A DNA stretch of 64,000 nucleotides, taken from positions 463,244 through 527,243 of the forward strand of contig JBMNNB010000003.1 of NCBI GenBank assembly GCA_050953725.1, read 5' to 3'. This stretch comes from Acutalibacteraceae bacterium. Lineage in GTDB: Bacteria; Bacillota; Clostridia; Oscillospirales; Acutalibacteraceae. Both the position numbers and the translations under genes were made by a program. Shown piece by piece: positions 55,666 to 64,000 of the stretch (the first letter of the stretch is position 1; each line of letters begins with the position of its first letter). The notes under the pieces are model-generated. The model was not told the DNA's origin. It was given only the letters and a program-made list of their open reading frames with translations, and ran no database searches.

Positions 55666-56483
55666 AGTGTAGCCCCCTCTCCTTCACGGTCATACCGCTG
55701 CATGATTATCATGCTGAATACGATGAAAATCATAAGCACGACGGAAAGTCCCGAACCCAAATGCCAGTTGCTGCCCGTGGTGAACTCCTGCTCTATGACA
55801 TTGCCTATAAGCAGGGTCTTGCTGCCGCCGAGCATATCGGCGATAACGAATTCTGAGATAGACGGCACGAACACCATTGTAATGCCGCTTATGATTCCGG
55901 GCAGTGACAAAGGCAGGATGATACGCCTGAAAACCGTAGCGCCGCTTGCGCCTAAGTCATAGGCTGCGTCTATTACTCCGTCGTCGATTTTTACGATTGC
56001 GTTGTATATGGGCAGAATCATAAAGGGCAGATAGGTATATACCATGCCTATTATTATTGCCGTCGGAGTATTCATAATATTCAAGGTAGGCAGCTTAATA
56101 GCCTCAAGTATGCCGTTGATAACGCCCGTGTTTGAAAGCAGGTTCTGCAAAGCAAGGGTGCGCAGAATATGGTTCATCCACATGGGCAGGACAAAAAGAA
56201 ATACGACAAATCTGCCCTTGCCGTTTTTAAGCTTTGACAAAATAAGTGCCAAAGGATAGGCCAGCAAAAAACAAATAAGCGTACTGATAAATGCCACTAT
56301 CAGCGACATGATAAGGGCATTGTAATGTATTGATTCGTTTATGGCAAGAACGTTCTTCAGTGTGAAAGAACCGGTCTTGCGGTCGGTGAAGGCATAGTAA
56401 ACTATCGTGATTAAGGGCAGAATTGTAAAGCCGATAATCCAGAAAATATACGGTGTCGCAACTAAGCGTCTGCTACTCCTCAT
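55659..56483 (-). CDS. potB: spermidine/putrescine ABC transporter permease
   Basis: BPD-transporter permease with EAA-like loop ([15 protein letters not shown]). Confidence 0.85.
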   Translation of the reverse strand: MRSSRRLVATPYIFWIIGFTILPLITIVYYAFTDRKTGSFTLKNVLAINESIHYNALIMSLIVAFISTLICFLLAYPLALILSKLKNGKGRFVVFLFVLPMWMNHILRTLALQNLLSNTGVINGILEAIKLPTLNIMNTPTAIIIGMVYTYLPFMILPIYNAIVKIDDGVIDAAYDLGASGATVFRRIILPLSLPGIISGITMVFVPSISEFVIADMLGGSKTLLIGNVIEQEFTTGSNWHLGSGLSVVLMIFIVFSMIIMQRYDREGEGATLW

Positions 56484-57549
56484 CTGTCACCGCCTCCTCG
56501 TCCTCGGATAGAGGCTTGTGCATTATCTGGATGTTAAAGGGGTCAACGGAAATACCCACCTCCCTGCCTACGGGAACCATATCGGTGCTGTGGACAAGCC
56601 ACTCATATCCGTTTGCCATTACATCCATTTCATAATGTACGCCTTTAAACAATAGAGAGGTGACTACGCCCGTAATAGTGCCCTTTTCGGGCTCTACCAG
56701 GTCTACATCCTCAGGTCTTATGACCACGTCGACGGGCTTGTTTCTGCCAAAGCCGGAGTCGACGCAGGGGAATTTTGCGCCGAGTATCTCTACCAGCTTA
56801 TCTTCAAGCATAATGCCGTCGATTATGTTGCTCTCGCCTATAAAGTCAGCGACGAAAGCGTTCTTGGGCTCGTTGTATATATCCTCGGGAGTGCCTATCT
56901 GCTGTATGTTACCCTTGTTCATAACGACAATGGTATCAGACATGGTCAGGGCTTCCTCCTGGTCATGGGTTATATAAATAAAAGTTATGCCCAGCTCGTT
57001 CTTTAGCCTGATGAGCTCATACTGCATGCTCTGACGCATTTTAAGGTCCAGAGCGCCCAGCGGCTCGTCAAGCAGCAAAACCTTAGGCTCGTTGACTATC
57101 GCCCTTGCGATGGCTATTCTCTGCTGCTGGCCGCCGCTTAGCGACTGGGGCATACGGTCCTCATAGCCCTCAAGGTTTACAAGCTTCAAGGCATACTTTA
57201 TTTTATCGTTGATATAGTCTTTGCTCTTTTTCTTGATTTTGAGACCGAATGCAATGTTCTCGGCTATCGTCAGGTTCGGGAACAGAGCATAGTTCTGAAA
57301 GACCGTGTTCAGCTGTCTCTTGTTCGGCGGGAGATTAGTGATATCTTCACCGTTAAAAATCACCCGTCCCGTATCCGGCTTCAAAAAACCTCCGATAATG
57401 CGTAACGTGGTGGTTTTTCCGCAGCCGGACGGACCGAGCAGAGTTATGAATTCGTTGTCACGAATATATAGATTGATATTGTTCAGTACAGGCTCGCCGT
57501 CAAAGGACACCGAAATGTCTTTCAGGTCGATGATAATGTTTTTTTCCAA
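56473..57549 (-). CDS. potA: spermidine/putrescine ABC transporter ATPase
   Basis: Walker [10 protein letters not shown], signature LSGGQQQR, Walker B LLLDEP, and a TOBE-like C-terminus. TTG start follows GAGAGGGG. Confidence 0.9.
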   Translation of the reverse strand: MEKNIIIDLKDISVSFDGEPVLNNINLYIRDNEFITLLGPSGCGKTTTLRIIGGFLKPDTGRVIFNGEDITNLPPNKRQLNTVFQNYALFPNLTIAENIAFGLKIKKKSKDYINDKIKYALKLVNLEGYEDRMPQSLSGGQQQRIAIARAIVNEPKVLLLDEPLGALDLKMRQSMQYELIRLKNELGITFIYITHDQEEALTMSDTIVVMNKGNIQQIGTPEDIYNEPKNAFVADFIGESNIIDGIMLEDKLVEILGAKFPCVDSGFGRNKPVDVVIRPEDVDLVEPEKGTITGVVTSLLFKGVHYEMDVMANGYEWLVHSTDMVPVGREVGISVDPFNIQIMHKPLSEDEEAVTDEE

Positions 57550-57616
57550 TTATGCAGCCCCTCTCGCAATATTCGTATTCTCTACGGAAGAACGACATAA
57601 GCAGTCGACAAATTAC

Positions 57617-57645
57617 AATATAGAGTTTATTTGTCGGAATGTCAA
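57617..57645 (-). promoter_or_regulatory. promoter of potABCD
   Basis: Minus strand: TTGACA (57645-57640), 17-nt spacer, TATATT (57622-57617). Confidence 0.55.
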
Positions 57646-57899
57646 TAATTTTAATAAAATAAATTCCCCCGCCGAGCTTAGAAGGCTCTAAGGCTCAGAG
57701 CGATTTTTTCCCTGCCGGTTTTAAGGCGGAAAAATACCCGAAAAACCCTTAAAAAATCGATAATTTTCGACAGAGAATTTGCCTAAGCTGTTTGTATATT
57801 AATACAGGTTATGTGACTGAATTATGCATTTTCTTACAGGGTTTTCCTTTTGCCGTACTATACGGATATATTTATTATGCTACCAAAAAGCCTCATAAT

Positions 57900-57936
57900 A
57901 CAAAGATACCGCCCTGCTTTTGCAGGACGGTATCTC
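57900..57936 (-). terminator. terminator closing the phage head module
   Basis: AGATACCGCCCTGC (57904-57917) pairs with GCAGGACGGTATCT (57922-57935), a 14-bp stem with 1 mismatch and a TTTT loop. Lies 18 nt past the stop at 57954. Confidence 0.65.
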
Positions 57937-57953
57937 TTATTGTTTTACTCTCT

Positions 57954-58409
57954 CTAAATCTCCAAGGGTGAAGAATAGCCGCCGTTCGGATTTCGCACTA
58001 TATCCGCCCTGAGAGTCACGAAGCCGACCATTTTTATGCTGTCGGTCAGTCTTACATACTCCATCTTGCCGCTGCCGATTTCGAGGATGTCGAGATTTGT
58101 GTTAAACAGCAGCAGGTCCGTAATTTCAGAGAAAATCGTATGAAGCCTGTATCCGCCGATTCGCACGGGGTTATGTATGCTTATGTCGAATGTAGCTATC
58201 ATCTCCATAACGCCGTGTACCTTCTCGCCGTACTCGTCGTACTTCTGCTTTATGCTGGAGCTTTTTACGCCGATTGCAATGGTCGGGGCGATAATCGGCT
58301 CATTGTTCTGCCAGCGCGGGAACTCGGTCATAAGGTCATAGCCCTTGCCGTCAAGCTGCAGCGCCAGCCAGTTTTTAAGAGTTTCGGGAAAGGAATCAGT
58401 TATATACAT
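57954..58409 (-). CDS. phage head-tail joining region protein (unknown family)
   Basis: 151-aa ORF overlapping the upstream gene by 14 nt. Last gene of the head module. Confidence 0.45.
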   Translation of the reverse strand: MYITDSFPETLKNWLALQLDGKGYDLMTEFPRWQNNEPIIAPTIAIGVKSSSIKQKYDEYGEKVHGVMEMIATFDISIHNPVRIGGYRLHTIFSEITDLLLFNTNLDILEIGSGKMEYVRLTDSIKMVGFVTLRADIVRNPNGGYSSPLEI

Positions 58410-58743
58410 CTTGCCCCTCCATATCCTTTATTACCGCCCAGATATAGAACACGCTGTTGCCCTTATAGATTTTCTCGAATCTGTCCACAAGGAATCTCTT
58501 GCCCGCAGACTCGATATAATAGCCGCTCGGCAGATGCTCAAAGCTGTGCTCCGGGGGACCGATGTAAAGATAATAGCCGGAATCGATAACGCCGATTTCG
58601 GTGGGCGTTCCCTCAAGATACATCTTGTTCTTATATCTGAGCGGCTGTATGAAGGCTCTGAAGGACTTTGTGCTCCAGCCCGTTGTGTCCTTAATCCGGG
58701 TGTCCCTGCCGTATTTAGATAAAATCGCATTTACCGCTGCCAA
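58396..58743 (-). CDS. putative head-closure / head-tail adaptor protein
   Basis: 115 aa. Assigned by position after the gp6-like connector. Confidence 0.4.
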   Translation of the reverse strand: MAAVNAILSKYGRDTRIKDTTGWSTKSFRAFIQPLRYKNKMYLEGTPTEIGVIDSGYYLYIGPPEHSFEHLPSGYYIESAGKRFLVDRFEKIYKGNSVFYIWAVIKDMEGQDVYN

Positions 58744-58768
58744 AAAAGCACCTCCCCTTATTTGCCCG

Positions 58769-59131
58769 CTATATTCGCCCGAATAAAAAGGCGTCGTCCT
58801 TTAAAAGATGCGCCGCCTCCTTAAAGGCCGCCGCCTCAAGGTCTGAGGCTGCCTGAAGGGTCTCCTTATAGCCCTTTTTGACCGTCACGTCCCCTGCCCT
58901 GAAGCTTGTGAACTCCTGGTCTGTGGCGGAGCGTGAGAGCAGGAACCTATGCAGGGCAGTCATGGCGCAAAGCATGATAATGAGCTGATTACCCGAATCC
59001 CTTTTGTATTTAAGCCGACGCTCAACACTCAATGCCGCAGCCTTGCAGAAGGGCAGCAGGGCGGGTGCATCCTCGTCCGATATGCTTATCACCTGCCTGA
59101 GCCTTTCAAAAACCTCCCACTGACTTATCAT
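58769..59131 (-). CDS. gp6-like head-tail connector protein
   Basis: 120 aa. N-terminus ISQWEVFERLRQVISISDEDAPALLPFCKAAALSVERRL is typical of the phage gp6-like connector family. Lies directly after the capsid gene. Confidence 0.55.
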   Translation of the reverse strand: MISQWEVFERLRQVISISDEDAPALLPFCKAAALSVERRLKYKRDSGNQLIIMLCAMTALHRFLLSRSATDQEFTSFRAGDVTVKKGYKETLQAASDLEAAAFKEAAHLLKDDAFLFGRI

Positions 59132-59185
59132 AAACTCACCTTTTTCTTAAAATCTGCCCTGTACCTGTCGGCACAGGGCAAGGGC

Positions 59186-60199
59186 TTATGCTCTCTCCAG
59201 AACGATAACCTTGGAGGCGTCGTCGAAAATCTTGGAGAAGCCGAAGGTGCAGGTGATGGCCGCTCTCTCAAGCTGTCTGTCAATGAGCTTGTCATACTCG
59301 GTCACAATGCCGCCGGCTCTTACCAGCTCAAGGGCGCAGTTTTTGTCAAGGCCTATAAGGACATCCGCAGCGAAGGAGGGGATTTTGACAAGCTCTGCTC
59401 CGAGGGGTGTCACGAGCTTGCCCGTGGCGTGGAAGGAAAGTCCCGCAACGGAGTCTCTGAACTCCTCCATGGCAAGTATCGTCCTCAAGACTTCGGGCGT
59501 GGCGAGTATGGCGTTGAGCTCATAGGGGTCGAACTTGCCCCAGAAATCAAGAAGGTCTGAGTAAGTAAGAACGCCTTCCTCCTTTGTATCCACGATTTCT
59601 GCCGGATTTTCGTTGCCGTCGCCTAAGAGAATGGTGGCAATGGCGTGCTGAACCTGACTTCTTGCAATCTGTGCGCCTATCTGCTTTAAGGTGACGGTGA
59701 ACAGGTCAATCCTCTGGAAGCGGATAGCTTCGTATGAGGCCACAAGCATCCTGCCCATTTTCTTTAGGCGGACAAGGTTCTCCTTGGTCTTGATGCTGGT
59801 TTCGGGGATAATAGCGCCCTCGGCAACCATTTTAAGCTCCTTGTCGTCCTCTGAAGGAATGGAGGTGATTGTCCTGTAATCAAGTGCGTCGATGTCTGTG
59901 ACCGTTGCGACGATTTTCGGGAGGATATTCGCATCCTCCATGCCCTGCCTTACGGCGCGGGAGACATATTCGGGGAAGAGGGCTGCGGACTCGGAGGTAC
60001 TGAAGAACTTCTCTACCTTGTCGCTGCCGGGGCCGCCCACTCTGATGTCGAATCTTTTAAGCTGACGCTGGTATGCGTCAAGACCCTCAAGGGCGGTACC
60101 CTTGTAATTCTCGGAAGGGTCAAGTGCCTCAAGAGCCGCCGTAAAGCCGCCCTTTGCCGAGTACATGCCCTTTTCGAGCCTGATGTTTTCATAAGACAT
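59186..60199 (-). CDS. major capsid protein
   Basis: 337 aa counted from ATG 60199 (GAGAGGAG RBS). Assigned by position after the protease/scaffold and small head protein. Composition is typical of a capsid protein. Confidence 0.65.
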   Translation of the reverse strand: MSYENIRLEKGMYSAKGGFTAALEALDPSENYKGTALEGLDAYQRQLKRFDIRVGGPGSDKVEKFFSTSESAALFPEYVSRAVRQGMEDANILPKIVATVTDIDALDYRTITSIPSEDDKELKMVAEGAIIPETSIKTKENLVRLKKMGRMLVASYEAIRFQRIDLFTVTLKQIGAQIARSQVQHAIATILLGDGNENPAEIVDTKEEGVLTYSDLLDFWGKFDPYELNAILATPEVLRTILAMEEFRDSVAGLSFHATGKLVTPLGAELVKIPSFAADVLIGLDKNCALELVRAGGIVTEYDKLIDRQLERAAITCTFGFSKIFDDASKVIVLERA

Positions 60200-60218
60200 A
60201 GTATTTCTCCTCTCTGAA

Positions 60219-60563
60219 TTAAAGAATAATTCCGATTGTGCCGTCTGTCTCGTTGACACTGAGAATAAAGACCTTGCGGCCGCTGTCGTCTATGGAGACG
60301 GCGCCGTCGTCGGCACCTGTAATGCCCTGATAACCGACGCTTGCATCCTCAATGTTCGCACAGGGTAAGGTGGCAAAGCCGCCCACCTGAACAGCCGCAT
60401 AGCCCTCCCTGACGCTTAAAGCAAGTCCGAAGACATCGGTGCCTTCAGAAGCGGCTGTGACCTCGTTGTTGCCGGAGATGCTGACTGCGACGCCCGCCGT
60501 AACCGAATCCGAGGCCTGCAAGGTAATAATTTTCTCGTCAAAGCCTTTTAATGAAACTAACAT
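60219..60563 (-). CDS. small head protein (decoration or scaffold-associated?)
   Basis: 114 aa, beta-rich, lying between the protease/scaffold and capsid genes. Confidence 0.35.
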   Translation of the reverse strand: MLVSLKGFDEKIITLQASDSVTAGVAVSISGNNEVTAASEGTDVFGLALSVREGYAAVQVGGFATLPCANIEDASVGYQGITGADDGAVSIDDSGRKVFILSVNETDGTIGIIL

Positions 60564-60581
60564 AAAAACATCCTTTCTTAC

Positions 60582-61556
60582 TTAAATTCTGAACCCGCTG
60601 TTGTCGGGTGAGGCTGTTTTAGCCTCGGGAATAAGCTGAGGAGCAAAATCAAGGCCATCCTCATCCGCAAAGCCCTTAACAAGTGCTTCCAAATCCTTTG
60701 CGGGAAGGCTTTCCAGAACGGTTTTGAAAACGGCGGTGTCCATTTTGGGCAGCCTTACTGCCGACAGGGACAGCGCCTTTTTCATAAGGCTGCTTTTGTA
60801 ATGCTCGCCGTCCGCAGCCGCCCTTTCGAGGGTTGCGATATAGCTTTTAAGCTGCGCCGTTTCAAAGGCGTCGAGCACCGTTTCACCCTTTTGCTCACCG
60901 AGTTTTTTAAGTATGTCTGTCACGCTTTTTTCACCTCTTTTGCTTTCCTCTGTTTTTCCGAACTGCTTTGTTACACGGGCGCCCTTCTGGGCGGGAACCG
61001 CTACAAAGGACCACTCGTATGCGTCGACAGCATCATAGAGAATCCTGTGACACAGCCTGCCCTCGACCTGTGTGCCGGGTCTGTGGGAGCAGGAAGAGTT
61101 TTCCGCCTTACAGACAGAGCAGACAGCCCTTTTGACACTGCAGGATACGCTGACCTCACGCTTAATGCCCGCTTCGATTTCAGCTATCAGGCTCTTGTTT
61201 TTTTCGTTTCTCAGCATATAGCAGTGTGCCTTGAGATAGGTATAAGGCTCCCCTGCGGAGGTTGTCCGCTCTTTGTCCGTAATAAGCTCAGTGTCGAATA
61301 TCCTTGCGGTCTGGTTTTCGGCCCTCATGCTGTGGTCGAAGATGCCCGTCACGCCCTTGAACAGCTCCTTTAAGGCTTTAAGGCTCTCAACAGAGAAGCG
61401 CTCAAAGTCCCTGTCTATCTCGTTGTCACAGAGGATGACGCTGAAGACGAAGACCTCCTCCTCAGACAGCGGCTTTAAGGAGTAGCTGTTGATTTTCTCA
61501 ATGTCCGATTTCGTAACGGAAAAAACAGCTTCATTTAATCTCTTTTCTTTTTTCAA
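60582..61556 (-). CDS. prohead protease / scaffolding protein
   Basis: 324 aa, immediately after portal with a 4-nt overlap. The N-terminal half has DRDFERF...GIFDHS and a Cys cluster; the C-terminal half is helical and scaffold-like. Confidence 0.5.
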   Translation of the reverse strand: MKKEKRLNEAVFSVTKSDIEKINSYSLKPLSEEEVFVFSVILCDNEIDRDFERFSVESLKALKELFKGVTGIFDHSMRAENQTARIFDTELITDKERTTSAGEPYTYLKAHCYMLRNEKNKSLIAEIEAGIKREVSVSCSVKRAVCSVCKAENSSCSHRPGTQVEGRLCHRILYDAVDAYEWSFVAVPAQKGARVTKQFGKTEESKRGEKSVTDILKKLGEQKGETVLDAFETAQLKSYIATLERAAADGEHYKSSLMKKALSLSAVRLPKMDTAVFKTVLESLPAKDLEALVKGFADEDGLDFAPQLIPEAKTASPDNSGFRI

Positions 61557-62749
61557 AAAGTTTCCTCCTGTTCCGTTAAGCTCTCATCAGTGACGATTTC
61601 AGGCTCTAACCCCTGCTCGATTTCGGCGGCTCTTGCGTTGTTGAGCCTTGCCTTTGACAGCTCCACCTCGTCCTGAAGGCTGATTTCGTTCCACTTTACA
61701 GAAAAGCCGCCTTTAAGGCCGTTAAGCCTGATATACGTGCCGACGACCCTCTGAAGCACCGGATTTAAAAGCTTTCTGTAAAACTGCAGCTCGCTTGTGA
61801 GCATGTCGGTCTGCTGGGCGGCCATTCGCTCCGTGGTGGACCAGTTAAGTCCCAGCATAAAGGGCGGCAGGCCGAGCTTTGCTATTATCTGCTCGAGCAG
61901 CTGCCTGACGGGGACCTCGCTGTCAAGAACCTGATTGTCCGCACCGATTACTTTGATGTCCACATCGCCCACGGCAATGAAGTCCTTGATTTCGCTGCCG
62001 CTCTGCATGGCCGCCGACCACTCGGAGGCAATCTGCATGGCCCTCTCTTTGGCGTAGAGCTTGTCATTAGGGTCGTTCTTCGGTCTGTAAGTCACCGCAT
62101 AGCGCAGATTCCCCACACGCTCGAAGTTAAGGCCGATTGTGTTGTAAATCTTCATCAGCACACTGCTTATAAATGGCAGACCCTTTAATATGGAGTTGCC
62201 CTGAAGGCTGCCCGCATCGGGATTTAGCAGTGTCAGAAGGATAAGCTCCTGATGCCGCACGGGTACGGGCTGTGAGCCGGTCATGGTGCAGACAAGCACC
62301 TTTGAGCTGTCACTCTTGTCCCTTGTGAGCACTATGTCCCTTAAATCCGCCCGATACAGCGACATTTCTGCGGGCGAAGCCCTGCCCGGAAGGATTTCGG
62401 CCACCGCAGTGCCGTATGTAAGAAGCTGCTCGAAATAAGCGCTTACGAAGCTGTGAATACCCCGCTGGCAGCCGTCGACGACCACATTTTTCAGAAATTC
62501 ATCGACCTGCCTTTGCGTGTATGAGTTCTCGCAGCGAATCTCAAAGCCGCCTATGAGCCTTGCTAACTTCCTTATGCCCGCATCGATAATGGGAACGCTC
62601 TCTCTGAGGGTCTTGTAGAGATTTGCGTCGCCGTGAAAGCTGCACATATTCATATAGTCATCGAAAAAGCTCTTCTGCCCTTTAGCCCTTGTCTGGGGAG
62701 CGGCTGCCGCCCCCGTTGATAAGGGCTCTTTTTTGCTGAACAGTCCCAA
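61553..62749 (-). CDS. phage portal protein
   Basis: 398 aa, with size and position typical of portal. TTG start follows GAGGTG. Confidence 0.7.
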   Translation of the reverse strand: MGLFSKKEPLSTGAAAAPQTRAKGQKSFFDDYMNMCSFHGDANLYKTLRESVPIIDAGIRKLARLIGGFEIRCENSYTQRQVDEFLKNVVVDGCQRGIHSFVSAYFEQLLTYGTAVAEILPGRASPAEMSLYRADLRDIVLTRDKSDSSKVLVCTMTGSQPVPVRHQELILLTLLNPDAGSLQGNSILKGLPFISSVLMKIYNTIGLNFERVGNLRYAVTYRPKNDPNDKLYAKERAMQIASEWSAAMQSGSEIKDFIAVGDVDIKVIGADNQVLDSEVPVRQLLEQIIAKLGLPPFMLGLNWSTTERMAAQQTDMLTSELQFYRKLLNPVLQRVVGTYIRLNGLKGGFSVKWNEISLQDEVELSKARLNNARAAEIEQGLEPEIVTDESLTEQEETF

Positions 62750-62865
62750 ATTCTCACCTCAATTTTCAAAATTAACCCCAGCCCGCCCATTAAACTGCGA
62801 TGGCAGAGCGCAGGGTGTCGGAAAGCCCGAACCTCCGCAACGCATGGAAAGCCCTGCCCTGAACC

Positions 62866-63800
62866 GAACCTAAGTCAAGCCCCGTTTGCCGCCCCGCACA
62901 TCAGACGGCGGAGGGGGGAAGACGGCGGAGGGGGAAAGGCGGCGGGAGGGGGGGCAACGGGAAACATTGACCCCGTACACCGCATGCCGCCCGCCTGTCC
63001 GCCTACAAGCGGCGTGGGGGGGGTGGAGACGTAGCACCGCACACCGCAATCCCGCATGCCCGCCGACGGTGATTTCTTTTTTCTTCCCGCCCCGCAAATC
63101 AGGCGGCGGAGGGGGAAGACGGCGGAGGGGGAAAGGCGGCGGGAGGGGGGCAACGGGAAACATTGACCCCGTACACCGCATGCCGCCCGCCTGTCCGCCT
63201 ACAAGCGGCGTGGGGGGGGTGGAGACGTAGCACCGCACACCGCAATCCCGCATGCCCGCCGACGGTGATTTCTTTTTTATCCCCGCCCCGCAAATCAGAC
63301 GGCGGAGGGGGAAGACGGCGGAGGGGCGGGAGGGAAACCCGACGCCGCAATCCCGCATGCCCGCCGACGTGATTTCTTTTTTCCCCGCCCCGCAAATCAG
63401 ACGGCGGGGGGGGAAGAGGCGGAGGGGGCGGGAGGCGAAAAGCCCGCACACCGCAATCCCGCATGCCCGCCGACGGTGATTTCTTTTTTCTCCCCGCCCC
63501 GCACATCAGACGGCGGAGGGGGAAACGGCGAAAAGGCGGCGAGGGGGGGCAACGGGAAACATTGACCCCGTACACCGCATGCCGCCCGCCTGTCCGCATA
63601 CAAGCGGCGTGGGGGGGGTGGAGACGAAACCCCGCACGCCGCAATCCCGCATGCCCGCCGACGGTGATTTCTTTTTGCTCACCGCCCCGCACATCAGGCG
63701 GCGGAGGGGGAAGACGGCGGAGGGGGCGGGAGGAGAAAAGCCCGCACGCCGAAAACAGGAAAAACCCTGCCCCACGCCGCCCCGCCTGCCGCACTTCCCC
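62866..63800. repeat. G+C-rich tandem-repeat island E (six units: three long of 188-198 bp, two short of 102-109 bp, one partial)
   Basis: GCCCCGCA(C/A)ATCAG anchors at 62891, 63089, 63285, 63387, 63496 and 63684. Five of the six units end in GGTGATTTCTTTTT(T), or a 1-nt variant. About 70% G+C in line 63001-63060 (hand count 42/60). Confidence 0.9.
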
Positions 63801-63816
63801 GCTGCCCTGCGGTCAA

Positions 63817-64000
63817 TCAAGCCCTGCGGCGGACTGCGCCTGAAGCAAGGGCGAAGAAGGCTTCGTCGCCGCCGTCGCTTAGTACGGTGCTGACAAAATA
63901 GCGCATATCGTCCATGGCGTGGTCGTGCTCCTTCCTTACGCTGTCCTTCGTCTGCGCCGTGTCCCACCTGTAAAGACCGAACTCCCGTATAATGTCCTTG
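63817..64000 (-). CDS. terL: terminase large subunit, C-terminal end (5' part outside window)
   Basis: The minus-strand frame reads KDIIREFGLYRWDTAQTKDSVRKEHDHAMDDMRYFVSTVLSDGGDEAFFALASGAVRRRA* with stop at 63819-63817. YRWD...DHAMDxxRY is the characteristic C-terminal motif of large terminases. Not in the ORF track because its start lies outside the window. Confidence 0.75.
   Translation of the reverse strand, partial: KDIIREFGLYRWDTAQTKDSVRKEHDHAMDDMRYFVSTVLSDGGDEAFFALASGAVRRRA

Larger units (their letters stand above)
57954..64000 (-). mobile_element. tail-less phage packaging/head module (prophage remnant or capsid-forming satellite-like island); right end outside window
   Basis: Order is terL, repeat array, portal, protease/scaffold, small head protein, MCP and three connector-region genes, then a terminator and the pot operon. 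No tail, lysis or integration genes lie on this side. Confidence 0.65.

Noticed and set aside
63061-63090. The GGTGATTTCTTTTTT unit ends in island E, and the T6/A9 runs in island C, as intrinsic terminators.
   Set aside because: The only pairing directly upstream is a 5-bp CACCG/CGGTG stem with a ~20-nt loop. No stable G+C stem abuts the T-run. In addition, the T-run lies on the strand antisense to the phage genes.
62866-63800. Possible CRISPR array (regular repeats of about 100-200 bp period).
   Set aside because: The units are contiguous copies of one another with no unique spacers. The unit length is far larger than a CRISPR repeat-plus-spacer. The long and short forms differ by an internal deletion. 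No cas genes or leader are present.
62870-63967. ORFs of 92-231 aa on both strands inside island E (e.g. 62870..63451, 63099..63794, 63463..63843, 63506..63967).
   Set aside because: They give P/G/R/A-rich low-complexity translations in every frame. The peptide strings repeat simply because the DNA repeats. There are no RBSs, and the ORFs overlap one another. This is typical of spurious ORFs in G+C-rich DNA.
1-64000. Search by eye for tRNA/rRNA genes, known riboswitch cores (SAM upstream of metA, T-box), integrase or transposase genes.
   Set aside because: None recognised. metA is only 28 nt downstream of the preceding gene. No GTTCGAATC-type T-loop contexts or rRNA-like stretches were seen. 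A computational scan (tRNAscan-SE or Infernal) would be needed to exclude them formally.

Overview
64-kb chromosomal window from a Gram-positive anaerobe. The gene content is Clostridia-like (PFOR, NADP-GDH, dockerin-bearing surface proteins); this taxonomic call is inference only. Most genes are on the minus strand and have clear RBSs and hairpin/T-run terminators.

Contents:
(i) Two giant secreted proteins flank a PHP phosphoesterase gene: an MBG/YDG-repeat adhesin-like protein of more than 2,000 codons, and a 1,408+ aa protein of unknown fold. Each is interrupted by an apparent frameshift.
(ii) An envelope operon predicted to build a D-Asp/D-isoAsn peptidoglycan cross-bridge (ATP-grasp ligase, aspartate racemase, AsnB-type amidotransferase).
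(iii) Housekeeping and accessory genes: GH78 rhamnosidase, GH2 beta-galactosidase, an OmpR/histidine-kinase pair, an Mga/BglG-like regulator, gdhA, PFOR, metA, potABCD, an RluA-family synthase, a CDGSH Fe-S protein, a DUF4143-type AAA ATPase and a GLUG/Big_2/dockerin surface protein.
(iv) Two separated phage-derived modules. One carries a sigma-like regulator, tail-fibre-like genes and a lysis cassette (22.7-26.3 kb). The other is a tail-less packaging/head module (terL 3' end, portal, protease/scaffold, major capsid, connectors; 57.9-64.0 kb) that stops at a terminator next to the pot operon.

The most unusual signal is non-coding. Five G+C-rich tandem-repeat islands lie at about 12.9, 21.8, 39.4, 52.7 and 62.9 kb (about 70% G+C in a hand-counted line). 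Most are G-skewed on the + strand, they share sequence motifs, and each lies directly 5' of a minus-strand gene. The largest (about 0.95 kb, six units) separates terminase from portal. Another is preceded by a consensus promoter and grades into an 8-copy GCCCCGT iteron ladder upstream of the phage regulator gene.

No tRNA, rRNA, CRISPR array, integrase or transposase was recognised. All coordinates and identities were judged by eye; nothing was computed.
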